Below are positions 1 through 10,045 of a stretch of 55,431 nucleotides of DNA, in pieces (position 1 is the first letter of the stretch; every line of letters begins with the position of its first letter). The stretch covers positions 1-55,431 of the forward strand of contig JBIKWJ010000005.1 in NCBI GenBank assembly GCA_044356325.1. The letters run 5' to 3'. Made by a program: the position numbers and the translations under genes. The notes below the pieces were generated by a model. It did no database searches and was not told the origin of the DNA. It saw only the letters and a program-made list of their open reading frames with translations. The DNA comes from Minisyncoccia bacterium. Its GTDB lineage: Bacteria; Patescibacteriota; Minisyncoccia; SW-4-49-11.

Positions 1-103
1 CTGCTATTACTAATAATATCTCGAGTAGGGTGAAGCCTTTCTTTACTCTTTTAGCTCTTTGCATATGTTTTTATTATCTTTTCCTCTCTCTACTATATCA
101 TAT

Positions 104-125
104 CCCCCCGTTTTGTGTAGGGGGG
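104..125. other. GC hairpin CCCCCC-n10-GGGGGG just beyond the 3' end of the 166..969 gene
   Basis: Perfect 6-bp G/C stem (104-109 / 120-125) in an AT-rich spacer. There is no clean T-run on either strand, so a terminator role is uncertain. Confidence 0.3.
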
Positions 126-165
126 AAGGTTATTTTGTTGATTATCGTGAGTATATATACTCTAT

Positions 166-969
166 CTATTTTTTCAACCTATTAGCTAAGTCTTTGATAC
201 GACGATTTGCTGAGGTATCACTTGGCTTTAATTTAACCACATAGGTAAATGCTTCTAGGGCATCAGGATAATTTTTCATATCCACATACAATTCTCCGAG
301 TTTTTTATAGGCCTCAATATCTCGTGAATTTACAACAATACGATCAATATATCTCTTTTCCATATATTCATAATAATATGTATCTGAGACTTCATCCTCT
401 GTGGAGGTAGCTTCTATAATTGCATCAGATTCAGATAATAATTGTTCTACAAAATTACTGACTTTAGTATCGGGACTAATTTCTTCTTTTACCCCTACAA
501 TTTTTTCTTCAATCTCTGTCTCTATATTTTTAGTGACCGCTTCAAACGCAGACGTATCTGCTTCGTATGTACTAGCTTTACGAGTAAGTTCTAATTCCAA
601 TGCTTCTTGATCCCGTTTAATAGCCTCTTGAATTTCTTGTTCTCGTTTTTTACGCTTTTCCTTATTATTTTCACGATATATCTCTCCTAATTGTGTTATT
701 TTTTGAATCTGATTCTGTAAAATTTTATAGATACGACTTATCGTAAGTATAAATCCTACTCGAATAGATTCTAACTGTGAATTAGATATATTCTCATCTG
801 AAAAAGTTTTTTTTGGCTCTTGGCTAATACTATTAAAATCAGCTATAGACCCTTCTTCAGCATATATTTCAGGCTCAGTATAATTTACATGGGAAAACTT
901 TTTAATCACAAAAAACAATCCTATACTAAGTACAATTATTAAAATGATAATAATGATAACAGCTGTCAT
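166..969 (-). CDS. membrane-anchored coiled-coil / TPR-like protein (hypothetical)
   Basis: 267-aa ORF with an N-terminal hydrophobic helix (AVIIIIILIIVLSIGLFFVI), a charged E/K-rich middle and a C-terminal TPR-like segment (YKKLGELYVDMKNYPDALEAFTYVVKLKP). Confidence 0.55.
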   Translation of the reverse strand: MTAVIIIIILIIVLSIGLFFVIKKFSHVNYTEPEIYAEEGSIADFNSISQEPKKTFSDENISNSQLESIRVGFILTISRIYKILQNQIQKITQLGEIYRENNKEKRKKREQEIQEAIKRDQEALELELTRKASTYEADTSAFEAVTKNIETEIEEKIVGVKEEISPDTKVSNFVEQLLSESDAIIEATSTEDEVSDTYYYEYMEKRYIDRIVVNSRDIEAYKKLGELYVDMKNYPDALEAFTYVVKLKPSDTSANRRIKDLANRLKK

Positions 970-991
970 ATATGACTAATTTGAGATTAAT

Positions 992-1444
992 CTACAGAGA
1001 AATTTTTTTGAAAGAGGTTATTTGAATATTCTCTCCTAAAACTCCAATTTTAGTTTTAAGAAGTTTATCAATAGTCAAGTTTGGATCTTTGATATATTGA
1101 GAATTAAGAATATCCTCAATACTCGCATCCTCATTAATTAGGGCAGTGATATGAAGAGCAATATTCTGAGCTAATTCTCTAAATTCATCATTACGAGAGA
1201 CAAAATCTGTTTCACAGGCAAGAGCTACTAGTGCCGCTGATTTTCCATTATGAACATAAGTTCCTATATACCCTTCTCCTGTTTCTCTATCTGCTTTTTT
1301 CTCTGCCTTCTCAGTATAACGAGATTGTAATAATTCTTGAGCTTTATTAAAATCTCCAGCCGCTTCCTCAAGAGCTTTTTTAGCATCCATCATTCCAGCA
1401 CCTGTAATTTGTCTTAATTTAGCAACATCTTGAGCAGTAATCAT
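992..1444 (-). CDS. tsf: elongation factor Ts, short form
   Basis: N-terminal UBA-like EF-Ts signature (VAKLRQITGAGMMDAKKALEEA). Lies directly downstream of rpsB in the classical rpsB-tsf pair. Only 150 aa. Confidence 0.85.
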   Translation of the reverse strand: MITAQDVAKLRQITGAGMMDAKKALEEAAGDFNKAQELLQSRYTEKAEKKADRETGEGYIGTYVHNGKSAALVALACETDFVSRNDEFRELAQNIALHITALINEDASIEDILNSQYIKDPNLTIDKLLKTKIGVLGENIQITSFKKISL

Positions 1445-1449
1445 AGCAA

Positions 1450-2187
1450 TTATTCTTTAGTATTAGCTTTTAGTTCAGAAGTAGCAATAGCTCTTTTTGC
1501 TTTTGCTTCCTCAATAGTTGCTCCAACAAGAGTATAAATATATTTAATAGAGCTTACCGCATCATCATTAGCAGGAATAGCATAATCTACTAATTCTGGA
1601 TTAGCATTAGTATCAGACAGAGCAATAACAGGGATTTTTAAATCATGAGCTTCTTTAATAGCAAGAGAATCCTTTACTACATCTTGTACAAATACAGCTC
1701 CTGGCAAACCTCTTACATCTTTTACTCCAGCAAACAATTTATTTCCTTTTTCCACCTTATCTCCAAATACTTTTCTCTCTTTTTTAGTATATGATTGCAA
1801 TTCATTTGCCTGAAGTTTATCTTCTAGCACTACTAATTGTTTTACTCTTTTAGTAATAGCTTTAAAATTAGTAAAAATACCTCCAACCCATCGTCGTACC
1901 ATATATGGCATTCCTGTTTCCTCAGCAATATCTTTTACAATTGGAATAGCTTGTTTTTTAGTTGCAACAAAAAGAATATCTTTACCTGAACTTACTGTTT
2001 CAGAAATAAAATCTAAAGCTATTTCCAATTTTTCTTTAGTCTGATTCAAATCAATGATATGAATGGAATTTTTACTCCCATAAATATAATCTTTCATCTT
2101 TGGATGCCACTTTGAAGTATGATGACCTAGATGAACTCCAGCTTTCACCATATCATCAAGAGAGATTGTAGATCGTGTATTTGCCAT
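1450..2187 (-). CDS. rpsB: 30S ribosomal protein S2
   Basis: Full-length S2-like sequence (MVKAGVHLGHHTSKWHPKM...). Synteny with tsf. Confidence 0.95.
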   Translation of the reverse strand: MANTRSTISLDDMVKAGVHLGHHTSKWHPKMKDYIYGSKNSIHIIDLNQTKEKLEIALDFISETVSSGKDILFVATKKQAIPIVKDIAEETGMPYMVRRWVGGIFTNFKAITKRVKQLVVLEDKLQANELQSYTKKERKVFGDKVEKGNKLFAGVKDVRGLPGAVFVQDVVKDSLAIKEAHDLKIPVIALSDTNANPELVDYAIPANDDAVSSIKYIYTLVGATIEEAKAKRAIATSELKANTKE

Positions 2188-2276
2188 AACTATTCTTAAT
2201 TACTACTTAGGATGATATATAATATCTATATATAGTAACACATTTACCATAAAAAGCAAGTCATATCCCATAAAAT

Positions 2277-3392
2277 CTATCTTCTATGAGTACTAATATT
2301 AGTAATAATACCGAATAATACACATAAAATCAATACGGAACTACTTCCATAGCTCATAAATGGGAGAGTCACACCAGTAACTGGAATTAATTTTATGGTA
2401 GCTCCAATATTAAAAAATATTTGCAATGAAACCCATGTCGCTGCTCCGATGAGAATATATCTAGCGAAATCATCTTTTATACGAGTTGAAAGCCAGATAA
2501 TGCGAAATATTGCTACTCCAAAAATACTCATTAATATGGTAATACCAATTAATCCAGCCTCTTCACCAAATACTGCAAATATAGAATCGGTACTCGCCTC
2601 TGGTAAATAAAGAAATTTCTGCCTACTTTGACTCCAGCCAACACCCCAAACACCTCCTGATCCTACCGCAATAAGACTTTGATCAATGTGATACCCTTTA
2701 TCAGTTCTATCTTGCTCTTGACCTTGCATATAAATAACTGCTCTTTCCCAACGATATGGTTCAAGTCGAATAAAGAGTATAATTCCCACAATTCCGACTA
2801 ATGCCAATATACCTAAATATCTCAATTTTAATGGAGATTGAAATAACATACTTCCAGATATTGCAGTCAATAAAATCCCCGTACTTAGATTGGATTGCCC
2901 TTTTACCACCAGACCAACACTTAACCCAATAACTGCTATGACAAAAAAAAGTGTTGATAAAATATTTATGTGCTGCTTAAATTTTGAAAGTAACATAGCA
3001 AGATATAGTAGTAGTGCTAATTTCAATAATTCAGATGGTTGAAAAGTAAATCCTCCTACTTCTATCCAACGAGTAGCTCCATTAACAGTGGATGCAAATC
3101 CTGGAACAAAGATTAAACAATTAATTCCAATTGTGAACAAAAACCCAATAAATGTCAAGCCTCTTAACCATTGATATGGGAATTTAGCAAAGATAATAAA
3201 TAATATAATTCCTGGCAATACACCTTTTATTAGTTGCTGTATAAAATAATGATAGGGATCTTTATACTCCAAAAATGAAATCACACTACTCGCTGTTTGT
3301 AGCATTACTAGTCCAAAGAGTATCAATAGTCCAAATGATATCAAAACAATAGGATCGATTCCTTGCAAAAACTCCTTAGATCTTGTCTTCAT
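2277..3392 (-). CDS. ftsW: SEDS-family peptidoglycan polymerase FtsW
   Basis: 371-aa polytopic protein with FtsW/RodA motifs (PSELLKLALLLYLA; LPEASTDSIFAVFGEE; LPFMSYGGSS-like). Lies 2 nt downstream of murD. Confidence 0.85.
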   Translation of the reverse strand: MKTRSKEFLQGIDPIVLISFGLLILFGLVMLQTASSVISFLEYKDPYHYFIQQLIKGVLPGIILFIIFAKFPYQWLRGLTFIGFLFTIGINCLIFVPGFASTVNGATRWIEVGGFTFQPSELLKLALLLYLAMLLSKFKQHINILSTLFFVIAVIGLSVGLVVKGQSNLSTGILLTAISGSMLFQSPLKLRYLGILALVGIVGIILFIRLEPYRWERAVIYMQGQEQDRTDKGYHIDQSLIAVGSGGVWGVGWSQSRQKFLYLPEASTDSIFAVFGEEAGLIGITILMSIFGVAIFRIIWLSTRIKDDFARYILIGAATWVSLQIFFNIGATIKLIPVTGVTLPFMSYGSSSVLILCVLFGIITNISTHRR

Positions 3393-3394
3393 AT

Positions 3395-4774
3395 TTATCT
3401 TTTTGACTCTATTATAGCTACAAATTTTTCCCCTCTCTCATAGGCATTACGAAACATACCAAAACTAGTAGCACCAGGAGAAAATACAATTCTATATCCT
3501 GATTGGCTAAGACTAAAAGCCTTGTCTACTGATTCTTCAAGAGAACTCACTTCATATATGGGAATATTTTGCATATTTTGCTTTATCAGCTTACTTCCTG
3601 ATCCTGGTAATAAAACTATACCCTTGAGAGTATCATATATATGTTGAGATAATTCATCATATTCAAGCCCTTTATCCTCACCCCCACAAATTACTATATG
3701 ACTTTTATCTTTGAAAGTTTCTAGAGCAACAATTAGAGCTCCCGGCATAGTACTTGCAGTATCATTAATCACTTCTATTCCATGTATAAAGCCTAATGAT
3801 TGCTGCCGCCCAGATACTCCTACAAAAGATTTTATTGCCTGCACAATATTGTCTTTTGGTACCTTAGCAATATCAACCACTCCAATGGCAGCCATTACAT
3901 TATACTGATTATGTTCTCCTCGTATAGGGATATCATTAATATGAATAATTGTTTCTCCATTATAGAGAATACAATCATTTTCAATATATATATTAGCTTG
4001 ATTATTATGGAGGGAATATGTTGTGACTTGAGATTTAATAAGTGATATTAATCCTGCAATACGAGTATTATCAATATTGAGTACTGCAAAATCTGATGAA
4101 TTTTGAAATTTTACAATATGTGTTTTTGCCTCAAAATATTCTTCAAGAGAATTATACCTATCAAGATGGTCAGGAAAAAAAGAAGTAAATACACTAATAT
4201 GTGGAGAATATGGAATTGATTCTAATTGAAAACTTGATAATTCTAATATAATATAGCTATTTTCGTAAATATTAGGGATAATACTAAGTATTGATTTACG
4301 AATATTACCACCTAATAAAACTCTGTCCTCTCCATAATAATCACTCAATATATGATGGATGAGAGCCGTAGTACTGGTTTTACCTCGAGTACCTGTAATC
4401 CCAATAATACTGGGAGGATTTTGTAATAATTGTATATGAGTAAAAAATAATTCAATATCAGTAGTTATAATTACTCCTGCCTCTTTTGCTGCGATAAGAT
4501 AGGGGGAGTTATCAGGAATTCCTGGATTTTTGATTAAAATATCAATATCAATATAATCTTTAGTATCTTGCTCTCCTAATATATATTGTATTGAAATATT
4601 ATGTGAAGGTAAATCATTAATTTTATCTATTGTTTCTTGTAATATATCTTCTGTCCTCAAATCTGTAATAATAAGTTCTGAGACTTGCTCTGATATTGCA
4701 TATTTAACTGCTCCAAAGCCACCATCATTGAGACCCAAGCCCATTATCATTACTTTTTTTCCTTGTAACTTCAT
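3395..4774 (-). CDS. murD: UDP-N-acetylmuramoyl-L-alanine--D-glutamate ligase
   Basis: Mur ligase P-loop (GITGTRGKTST) and an N-terminal Rossmann segment (KKVMIMGLGLNDGG). Start placed at the ATG at 4774; the ORF track's 4801 start is a GTG that overlaps the upstream gene. Confidence 0.88.
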   Translation of the reverse strand: MKLQGKKVMIMGLGLNDGGFGAVKYAISEQVSELIITDLRTEDILQETIDKINDLPSHNISIQYILGEQDTKDYIDIDILIKNPGIPDNSPYLIAAKEAGVIITTDIELFFTHIQLLQNPPSIIGITGTRGKTSTTALIHHILSDYYGEDRVLLGGNIRKSILSIIPNIYENSYIILELSSFQLESIPYSPHISVFTSFFPDHLDRYNSLEEYFEAKTHIVKFQNSSDFAVLNIDNTRIAGLISLIKSQVTTYSLHNNQANIYIENDCILYNGETIIHINDIPIRGEHNQYNVMAAIGVVDIAKVPKDNIVQAIKSFVGVSGRQQSLGFIHGIEVINDTASTMPGALIVALETFKDKSHIVICGGEDKGLEYDELSQHIYDTLKGIVLLPGSGSKLIKQNMQNIPIYEVSSLEESVDKAFSLSQSGYRIVFSPGATSFGMFRNAYERGEKFVAIIESKR

Positions 4775-4784
4775 ACCAATATTG

Positions 4785-6350
4785 TTAGATAATAATATCA
4801 CCCTCGTCCGCTATTACTTCTCCATCTTTTAAGGTAACTACTCCATTCACAATTACCATTTCAATACCTCTCGAATACTGAATAGGTTGTTGAAATGTAG
4901 CACAGGATTCTAATTTTTCAGGGTCAATAATTACTATATCAGCCTGTTTATTTTCTTGCAATAATCCCCTATTATCTATTTCAAATACTTTGGCTGGGAG
5001 GGATGTGATTTTGGGAATAGCTTTTTCCCAACTCAGTTTACCTGATACAACATAATCTTGTAAAAATTTAGTGATAGCTCCAAATGAACGAGGATGATCA
5101 TATCCTTTTAATCTAATTAAGGAGTCGTCATATCCTGCAGAATCAGAGCCAATTATACTATTTTCATATTGTATAAACTGTCTAATATGGGCTTCTGAAA
5201 TCGCCTCTACAATAACTCGAGATCTTCCCTCTGAGGCAATAATCAACTGTATCAAGGCATCTTCGACCCCTAAATCTTGATGTTTTGCTATTTCCACAAT
5301 ACTTTTACCCAGAATAGATTTATTCATAGGACTATCAGATACAATCATACGACTATAATCATAGGAATTAGCTTTCATCTCTTGTATCACCTTACGCCGA
5401 ATACTTGCATCTTGTAAATTCTCTAATAATACTGCATTCCCCCCGAGAGAAACCCAATCAGGCAGTAGAATATAAGCAACGGTATTATTAGCTGTATAGG
5501 GAAAAACATCAAATGTCAATGGTAGATTTTCCTCTTGAACTTGATTTAATAAGGTATATATATCTTTATCATATTTCCAGTTTTTATGACCCAATATCTT
5601 AATATGATTAATATGTGTCTTTACCTGAGTTTTTCTTGTAATATCAATAATTTCCTGTATTGACTCTAGAACTTTTTCTCCATCATTACGAGTATGTACT
5701 GTTAATATCTTATTATGTTTTTTAACAATAGTTGTGAGTTGTATAAGTTCAGCTTTATTTACAACTTGCATATGAGAAAAAGCAAGCCCCAATGATACTC
5801 CAAGAGCTCCCTCAGATAAAGCTTTATCAAGAATATCTGTTATAGTAGCAAGTTCCGATGCAGTTAATGCTCTTGCGGCATCTCCTATTAACCCCCTTCT
5901 GACAGTAGAATATCCTACCAAAGTCCCAATATTAGGAGCAAAAGATTTAGAGGAAAGAATAGTAAAATATTCTCTCATAGTATGCCAATTAATATTAATA
6001 TCAGCAATATTACTCCATTTCTGAATAGATGCAATGGCAGAATTGCTAATCAGGGGGGCAAGCGAAGATCCACAATTTCCTCCAATTAATGTGGTAACAC
6101 CCTGAGTGATTAAACTTTTCTGAGAGGGTGCATTAAATAATGTCAAATACGTATCTGAATGATTACTCACATCAATAAATCCCGGAGTGATAATTTTATT
6201 CTTGGCAGAAATTTCAATTGCACCAGTATAACCCTCACTATGAGAAATTATCTTATGAATTTTTCCTTTGCGAATAATAACACTTCCTTTATATGGTTTT
6301 TTTCCTGTGCCATCAACTATTAGTCCATCCTTGATAATAATATCTTCCAT
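4785..6350 (-). CDS. amidohydrolase-superfamily protein, D-aminoacylase (N-acyl-D-amino-acid deacylase)-like
   Basis: 521 aa from the ATG at 6350 (MEDIIIKDGLIVDGTGK...), which removes the overlap with mraY. The N-terminal beta-sandwich motif and overall length and pattern resemble D-aminoacylases. Family assignment is from memory. Confidence 0.7.
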   Translation of the reverse strand: MEDIIIKDGLIVDGTGKKPYKGSVIIRKGKIHKIISHSEGYTGAIEISAKNKIITPGFIDVSNHSDTYLTLFNAPSQKSLITQGVTTLIGGNCGSSLAPLISNSAIASIQKWSNIADININWHTMREYFTILSSKSFAPNIGTLVGYSTVRRGLIGDAARALTASELATITDILDKALSEGALGVSLGLAFSHMQVVNKAELIQLTTIVKKHNKILTVHTRNDGEKVLESIQEIIDITRKTQVKTHINHIKILGHKNWKYDKDIYTLLNQVQEENLPLTFDVFPYTANNTVAYILLPDWVSLGGNAVLLENLQDASIRRKVIQEMKANSYDYSRMIVSDSPMNKSILGKSIVEIAKHQDLGVEDALIQLIIASEGRSRVIVEAISEAHIRQFIQYENSIIGSDSAGYDDSLIRLKGYDHPRSFGAITKFLQDYVVSGKLSWEKAIPKITSLPAKVFEIDNRGLLQENKQADIVIIDPEKLESCATFQQPIQYSRGIEMVIVNGVVTLKDGEVIADEGDIII

Positions 6351-6352
6351 AT

Positions 6353-7393
6353 TTATAATCCTAATAATCCAATAGTGAGGCCAACAACACTCATAAATAA
6401 AGATATAAGCCAAAATCGCATAACTATTTTTGTCTCAGGCCAACCAAGAGCTTGAAAATGATGATGAATGGGAGCTGCTAAAAATACTTTTTTTGAGAAT
6501 ACTTTTTTTGAGAATACCTGAATAAGTGATGAGAACCCTTCTACAAAAAATAGGAATCCAATAATAGGTAATATTACAAGGGAATTCGTTAACATAGCTC
6601 CAACAGCGAGTACTGCTCCGAGAGAAAAAGCTCCTGTTCCTCCCATAAAAAATCGAGCTGGATGAATATTAAACCATAAAAACGCCATCAAAGCCCCAAT
6701 TAAAGTTCCCATAAAAATTGCAAGAGATATATTACCTTGTACCCCAGCTAATACTGACAAAACTGCAAGTGGAGGAATAATTGAACCTGCCAATAGGCCA
6801 TCTAGTCCATCTGTAATATCTACCGCATTCATAATAAATACGACTAATACCATAAAAACAGGAATATACCAATATCCAAGTTCTATATCTGTAGGAAGCC
6901 CCCAAAGGGCTCCCCCTGGAATATGAAATGATGTCCAATTTAATTTAAAAGTAAACCAATATGCTCCAAATCCTGCAATCAATAATTGTAACCCTAGCTT
7001 GAGTTTTACCCCCAAACCTTTAATTTTTCCTATACCACGAATATTCGCAATATCATCAATAGCCCCTAATAATCCAGCGGAAATTAAAAAGGTTAATGGT
7101 AAAAATGTTTCTTCTCTTGTCAAATTAAAAACCAAAGTCAAAATAGCGGTAATAATCCAAAATAATATACCTGCCATAGTAGGAGTCCCCTGTTTTTGTT
7201 TGTGAAACTGATTAAAGATAGGAGTTTCTTTACCATCCCAGGTTTCTTCTCGAATATTTTTTCCTAATTTAGTACGGAATAAAAAGTCAGTCAGAAGTGG
7301 AGTTAATATAATACCTAATATAAATGCTAATATTGCAAATCCAAATACTTTTACTACAGCTAATACAATATTTGGATTTTGAATATATTCCAT
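6353..7393 (-). CDS. mraY: phospho-N-acetylmuramoyl-pentapeptide transferase
   Basis: MraY motifs (GTPTMAGILF; NAVDITDGLDGL; APIHHHF). Ten-helix profile. Confidence 0.95.
   Translation of the reverse strand: MEYIQNPNIVLAVVKVFGFAILAFILGIILTPLLTDFLFRTKLGKNIREETWDGKETPIFNQFHKQKQGTPTMAGILFWIITAILTLVFNLTREETFLPLTFLISAGLLGAIDDIANIRGIGKIKGLGVKLKLGLQLLIAGFGAYWFTFKLNWTSFHIPGGALWGLPTDIELGYWYIPVFMVLVVFIMNAVDITDGLDGLLAGSIIPPLAVLSVLAGVQGNISLAIFMGTLIGALMAFLWFNIHPARFFMGGTGAFSLGAVLAVGAMLTNSLVILPIIGFLFFVEGFSSLIQVFSKKVFSKKVFLAAPIHHHFQALGWPETKIVMRFWLISLFMSVVGLTIGLLGL
6483..6517 (-). repeat. 15-bp in-frame tandem duplication inside mraY (2.3 copies)
   Basis: aatactttttttgag occurs at 6483-6497 and 6498-6512, followed by a partial aatac. 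It translates to VFSKKVFSKKVF just before the HHH motif. Confidence 0.9.
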
Positions 7394-7468
7394 ATTTATT
7401 TCTATTAATAGTTAGATATAGTATATCAAATGGATACAATAAGTACAATACGAATTACTACCCTTAAC

Positions 7469-9994
7469 TTATTTTGATTTATATAATTTATTCAGCTTTT
7501 CTTGTACTAAACTAGCCTCAGGATCTAATTCAAGAACCTTTTTATACTGCTTGATTGCTTCTTGATTTTGATTTTGATCCTCATATATTTCGCCTAATTT
7601 AAAATACACATTAGTATATTGAGGGAAGGCATCTAATAATTTTGCATAGAGATTAATAGCCTCAGAATATTGTTTATTATTTTGATATGCAATAGCAAGA
7701 GAATAGATTATATCCTTATCAGCAATACTATTCTGGCTTGTAACTGTTGACACATATTTATTTAATATAGTGATTTGTTCAAAATAATTATTATCTATTC
7801 CATATATATCATAATAGGTAAGATAAGCAGGAGCAAAATCTGGTTTTATTTCTATACTTTTAGCTAATAAACTTTTTGCTTTTGAAATATATTCTTCATT
7901 TATTGGATCTGTTTTTTGACTTTGGCGAATATAATATTGAGCCTCATAGAGATTCCAATAAGGAGAACTTGGTCTTAATGCAGATCCCGTCCTGACAGAA
8001 TCAAGAAGTAATTGTTCATCTACATCTCCATATTTTTGAATAACTCCGTATAATTCTAATTGCCATCGGATAATTCTCTCATCCTTAGGGAATCTTGCTT
8101 TATAATCATCTAAGATTGCCTGAACTTTATTGATTTTATCTTGAATAGCTTTTGTCTTACTCTCATCTGGTTTTTGTTGTGAATTTTGTGATGAAATAAA
8201 TTCAAATATATCCTGATTTATTTGTTGTATGGCCAATGGTATTGAAATTTGAGCATAATCAATAATTTGTGGGGCCAATGAACGAGCTAATTCTGAGAAT
8301 CGTAAAACTTCTGTAATATTAGTATTTTCTATTGTTTGATATATATATATTTGTGCCCGAACTATATTAATAGCTTTAGTAGATAAAAATAAACTCCCTG
8401 TAATAATAGTAATAGCAACAAATGTAAAAAGTGAAGCAATTTGAGGTTTTGTTTTAGTAAGATCAAGAGAAAATTTAGTAATAGGATGCAAGTATTTTGT
8501 AATGGTGAATAGAGATATTATTACTCCAAGAATAACACCCAATTTCCCTATAACGGTAAATGGTATTATTAAAGACCCAATACATAGAATTATAATGGGA
8601 AATAATTCTACAAAAAATACCCTGTGAGTAAATAATAGGCGTATAAATGATATGAGTCCCCATATACCAATTGATACTAATATAATAGCAGGTATAATTC
8701 CATATCTAACTGCGATATTAAAATATTCATTATATAATGTATCAAAACTATAGTCCCATAATGATGTCTTGAGAAAAGAGCTCGGTACATATTGAGTCCA
8801 TGCATATAATACTGATCCAGTCCCTAAAATCGGGCTATTTTGTAAAGTATTTTTGAGTATATTAGTAGATTCCTGTATATCAGGAGTTACCAATAACTCA
8901 TACTGTGGATTGAAAGGTTTGACAATCATAAGAAAAATAGCCCCAATAATTATAATAGCATATACAAAACTTAATCTGATTGATTGTAATGAGGTCATTG
9001 ACTTTTGTTTTGTATCACGAATAAATAAGATTCCCTGTATAATTAGTATTATAATAGAAAGTATTTGTATTGGAAGAAATGGAATACGGATTAATAATAA
9101 AATATGTACAATAATACTTATAATATAAAGAGCCTTTACTATAATTGATTGCCAACGAGAATTACTATAAATATGAATAAACATATACCATATACTAAGT
9201 CCTGTTAGACTCAAAAGTAATAATTCTTGTGGGGATTCTGTTATAAATGAATAACTAGGAGCTAATTTAGATCCCCAAGCAATTATATTGGATGGAGTAG
9301 GGATATATACCAATAATACCGATATAAATGAACCTAAAAATATAATAAAAGAATATATAGCACCCAATAATATCAAAAATTTATATTCCAAAAATAATCG
9401 TATAATAAAATATGTTACTATCAAAAATAGTATAAAAATACCTGAGTCAAACATTCTCGATAAACTACCCCAAAATGCAATTTGATTAGGATTAATAATA
9501 CTCAAAAAAATAATAGAAAAACCCAGAACCATCAACATCACATCTAATAAGGTAAGTTTAACTGTATGTTTTATATTTCCAAATATCCATAAGGTAATAC
9601 TCAATATCAAAGCTCCCGTACTACCTAATATCAATCCCAATGTTTTAGGTAATTGCCATGAACTTGTCCAATCACCAACATATATTACGATTAATATAGT
9701 AAAAAATACTGCAAAATATAATAATAATATCCATTGAGATATGGGTTCAAATTTTTGTATTTTTTTCTTACCAATATATTGTTTGGCTGATTGAGGAATA
9801 AAAGTAATACGAGATGCTTCAGAATGAAGATCATTATATCTCGTATGAATTAAATTAGTTTGAGTATCAGCTTGAGTAATATCTGAATTCTTATGAGTAT
9901 GAGATGATTTTTGTCGCTTGATATCTTTATCTATATAAGATTTTTTAATCTCTTGATTTTTTTTATTTCTTATATTCCTTAAATCAATTGCCAT
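7469..9994 (-). CDS. large polytopic membrane protein (O-antigen-ligase/Wzy-like look) with C-terminal TPR repeats
   Basis: 841-aa ORF with a basic N-terminus, then many hydrophobic helices. The last ~250 aa are TPR-like (AINLYAKLLDAFPQYTNVYFKLGEIYEDQNQNQEAIKQYKKVLELDP). Confidence 0.6.
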   Translation of the reverse strand: MAIDLRNIRNKKNQEIKKSYIDKDIKRQKSSHTHKNSDITQADTQTNLIHTRYNDLHSEASRITFIPQSAKQYIGKKKIQKFEPISQWILLLYFAVFFTILIVIYVGDWTSSWQLPKTLGLILGSTGALILSITLWIFGNIKHTVKLTLLDVMLMVLGFSIIFLSIINPNQIAFWGSLSRMFDSGIFILFLIVTYFIIRLFLEYKFLILLGAIYSFIIFLGSFISVLLVYIPTPSNIIAWGSKLAPSYSFITESPQELLLLSLTGLSIWYMFIHIYSNSRWQSIIVKALYIISIIVHILLLIRIPFLPIQILSIIILIIQGILFIRDTKQKSMTSLQSIRLSFVYAIIIIGAIFLMIVKPFNPQYELLVTPDIQESTNILKNTLQNSPILGTGSVLYAWTQYVPSSFLKTSLWDYSFDTLYNEYFNIAVRYGIIPAIILVSIGIWGLISFIRLLFTHRVFFVELFPIIILCIGSLIIPFTVIGKLGVILGVIISLFTITKYLHPITKFSLDLTKTKPQIASLFTFVAITIITGSLFLSTKAINIVRAQIYIYQTIENTNITEVLRFSELARSLAPQIIDYAQISIPLAIQQINQDIFEFISSQNSQQKPDESKTKAIQDKINKVQAILDDYKARFPKDERIIRWQLELYGVIQKYGDVDEQLLLDSVRTGSALRPSSPYWNLYEAQYYIRQSQKTDPINEEYISKAKSLLAKSIEIKPDFAPAYLTYYDIYGIDNNYFEQITILNKYVSTVTSQNSIADKDIIYSLAIAYQNNKQYSEAINLYAKLLDAFPQYTNVYFKLGEIYEDQNQNQEAIKQYKKVLELDPEASLVQEKLNKLYKSK

Positions 9995-10045
9995 ATATCA
10001 ATTTCTATACAATACTCAATATATTATATCATATATATTGAGTAT

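Noticed and set aside
4785-6413. Longer ORF-track starts that overlap upstream genes or tRNAs: 6413 for the amidohydrolase, 30249 for the pilin, 52665 for comEC, 4801 (GTG) for murD, 43151 (GTG) for uvrC, 47312 for smpB
   Set aside because: In each case an internal ATG gives the conserved N-terminus (for example MEDIIIKDG, MKRQYQSGFTLIE, MKYII) and removes the overlap. The extra N-terminal residues look non-native.
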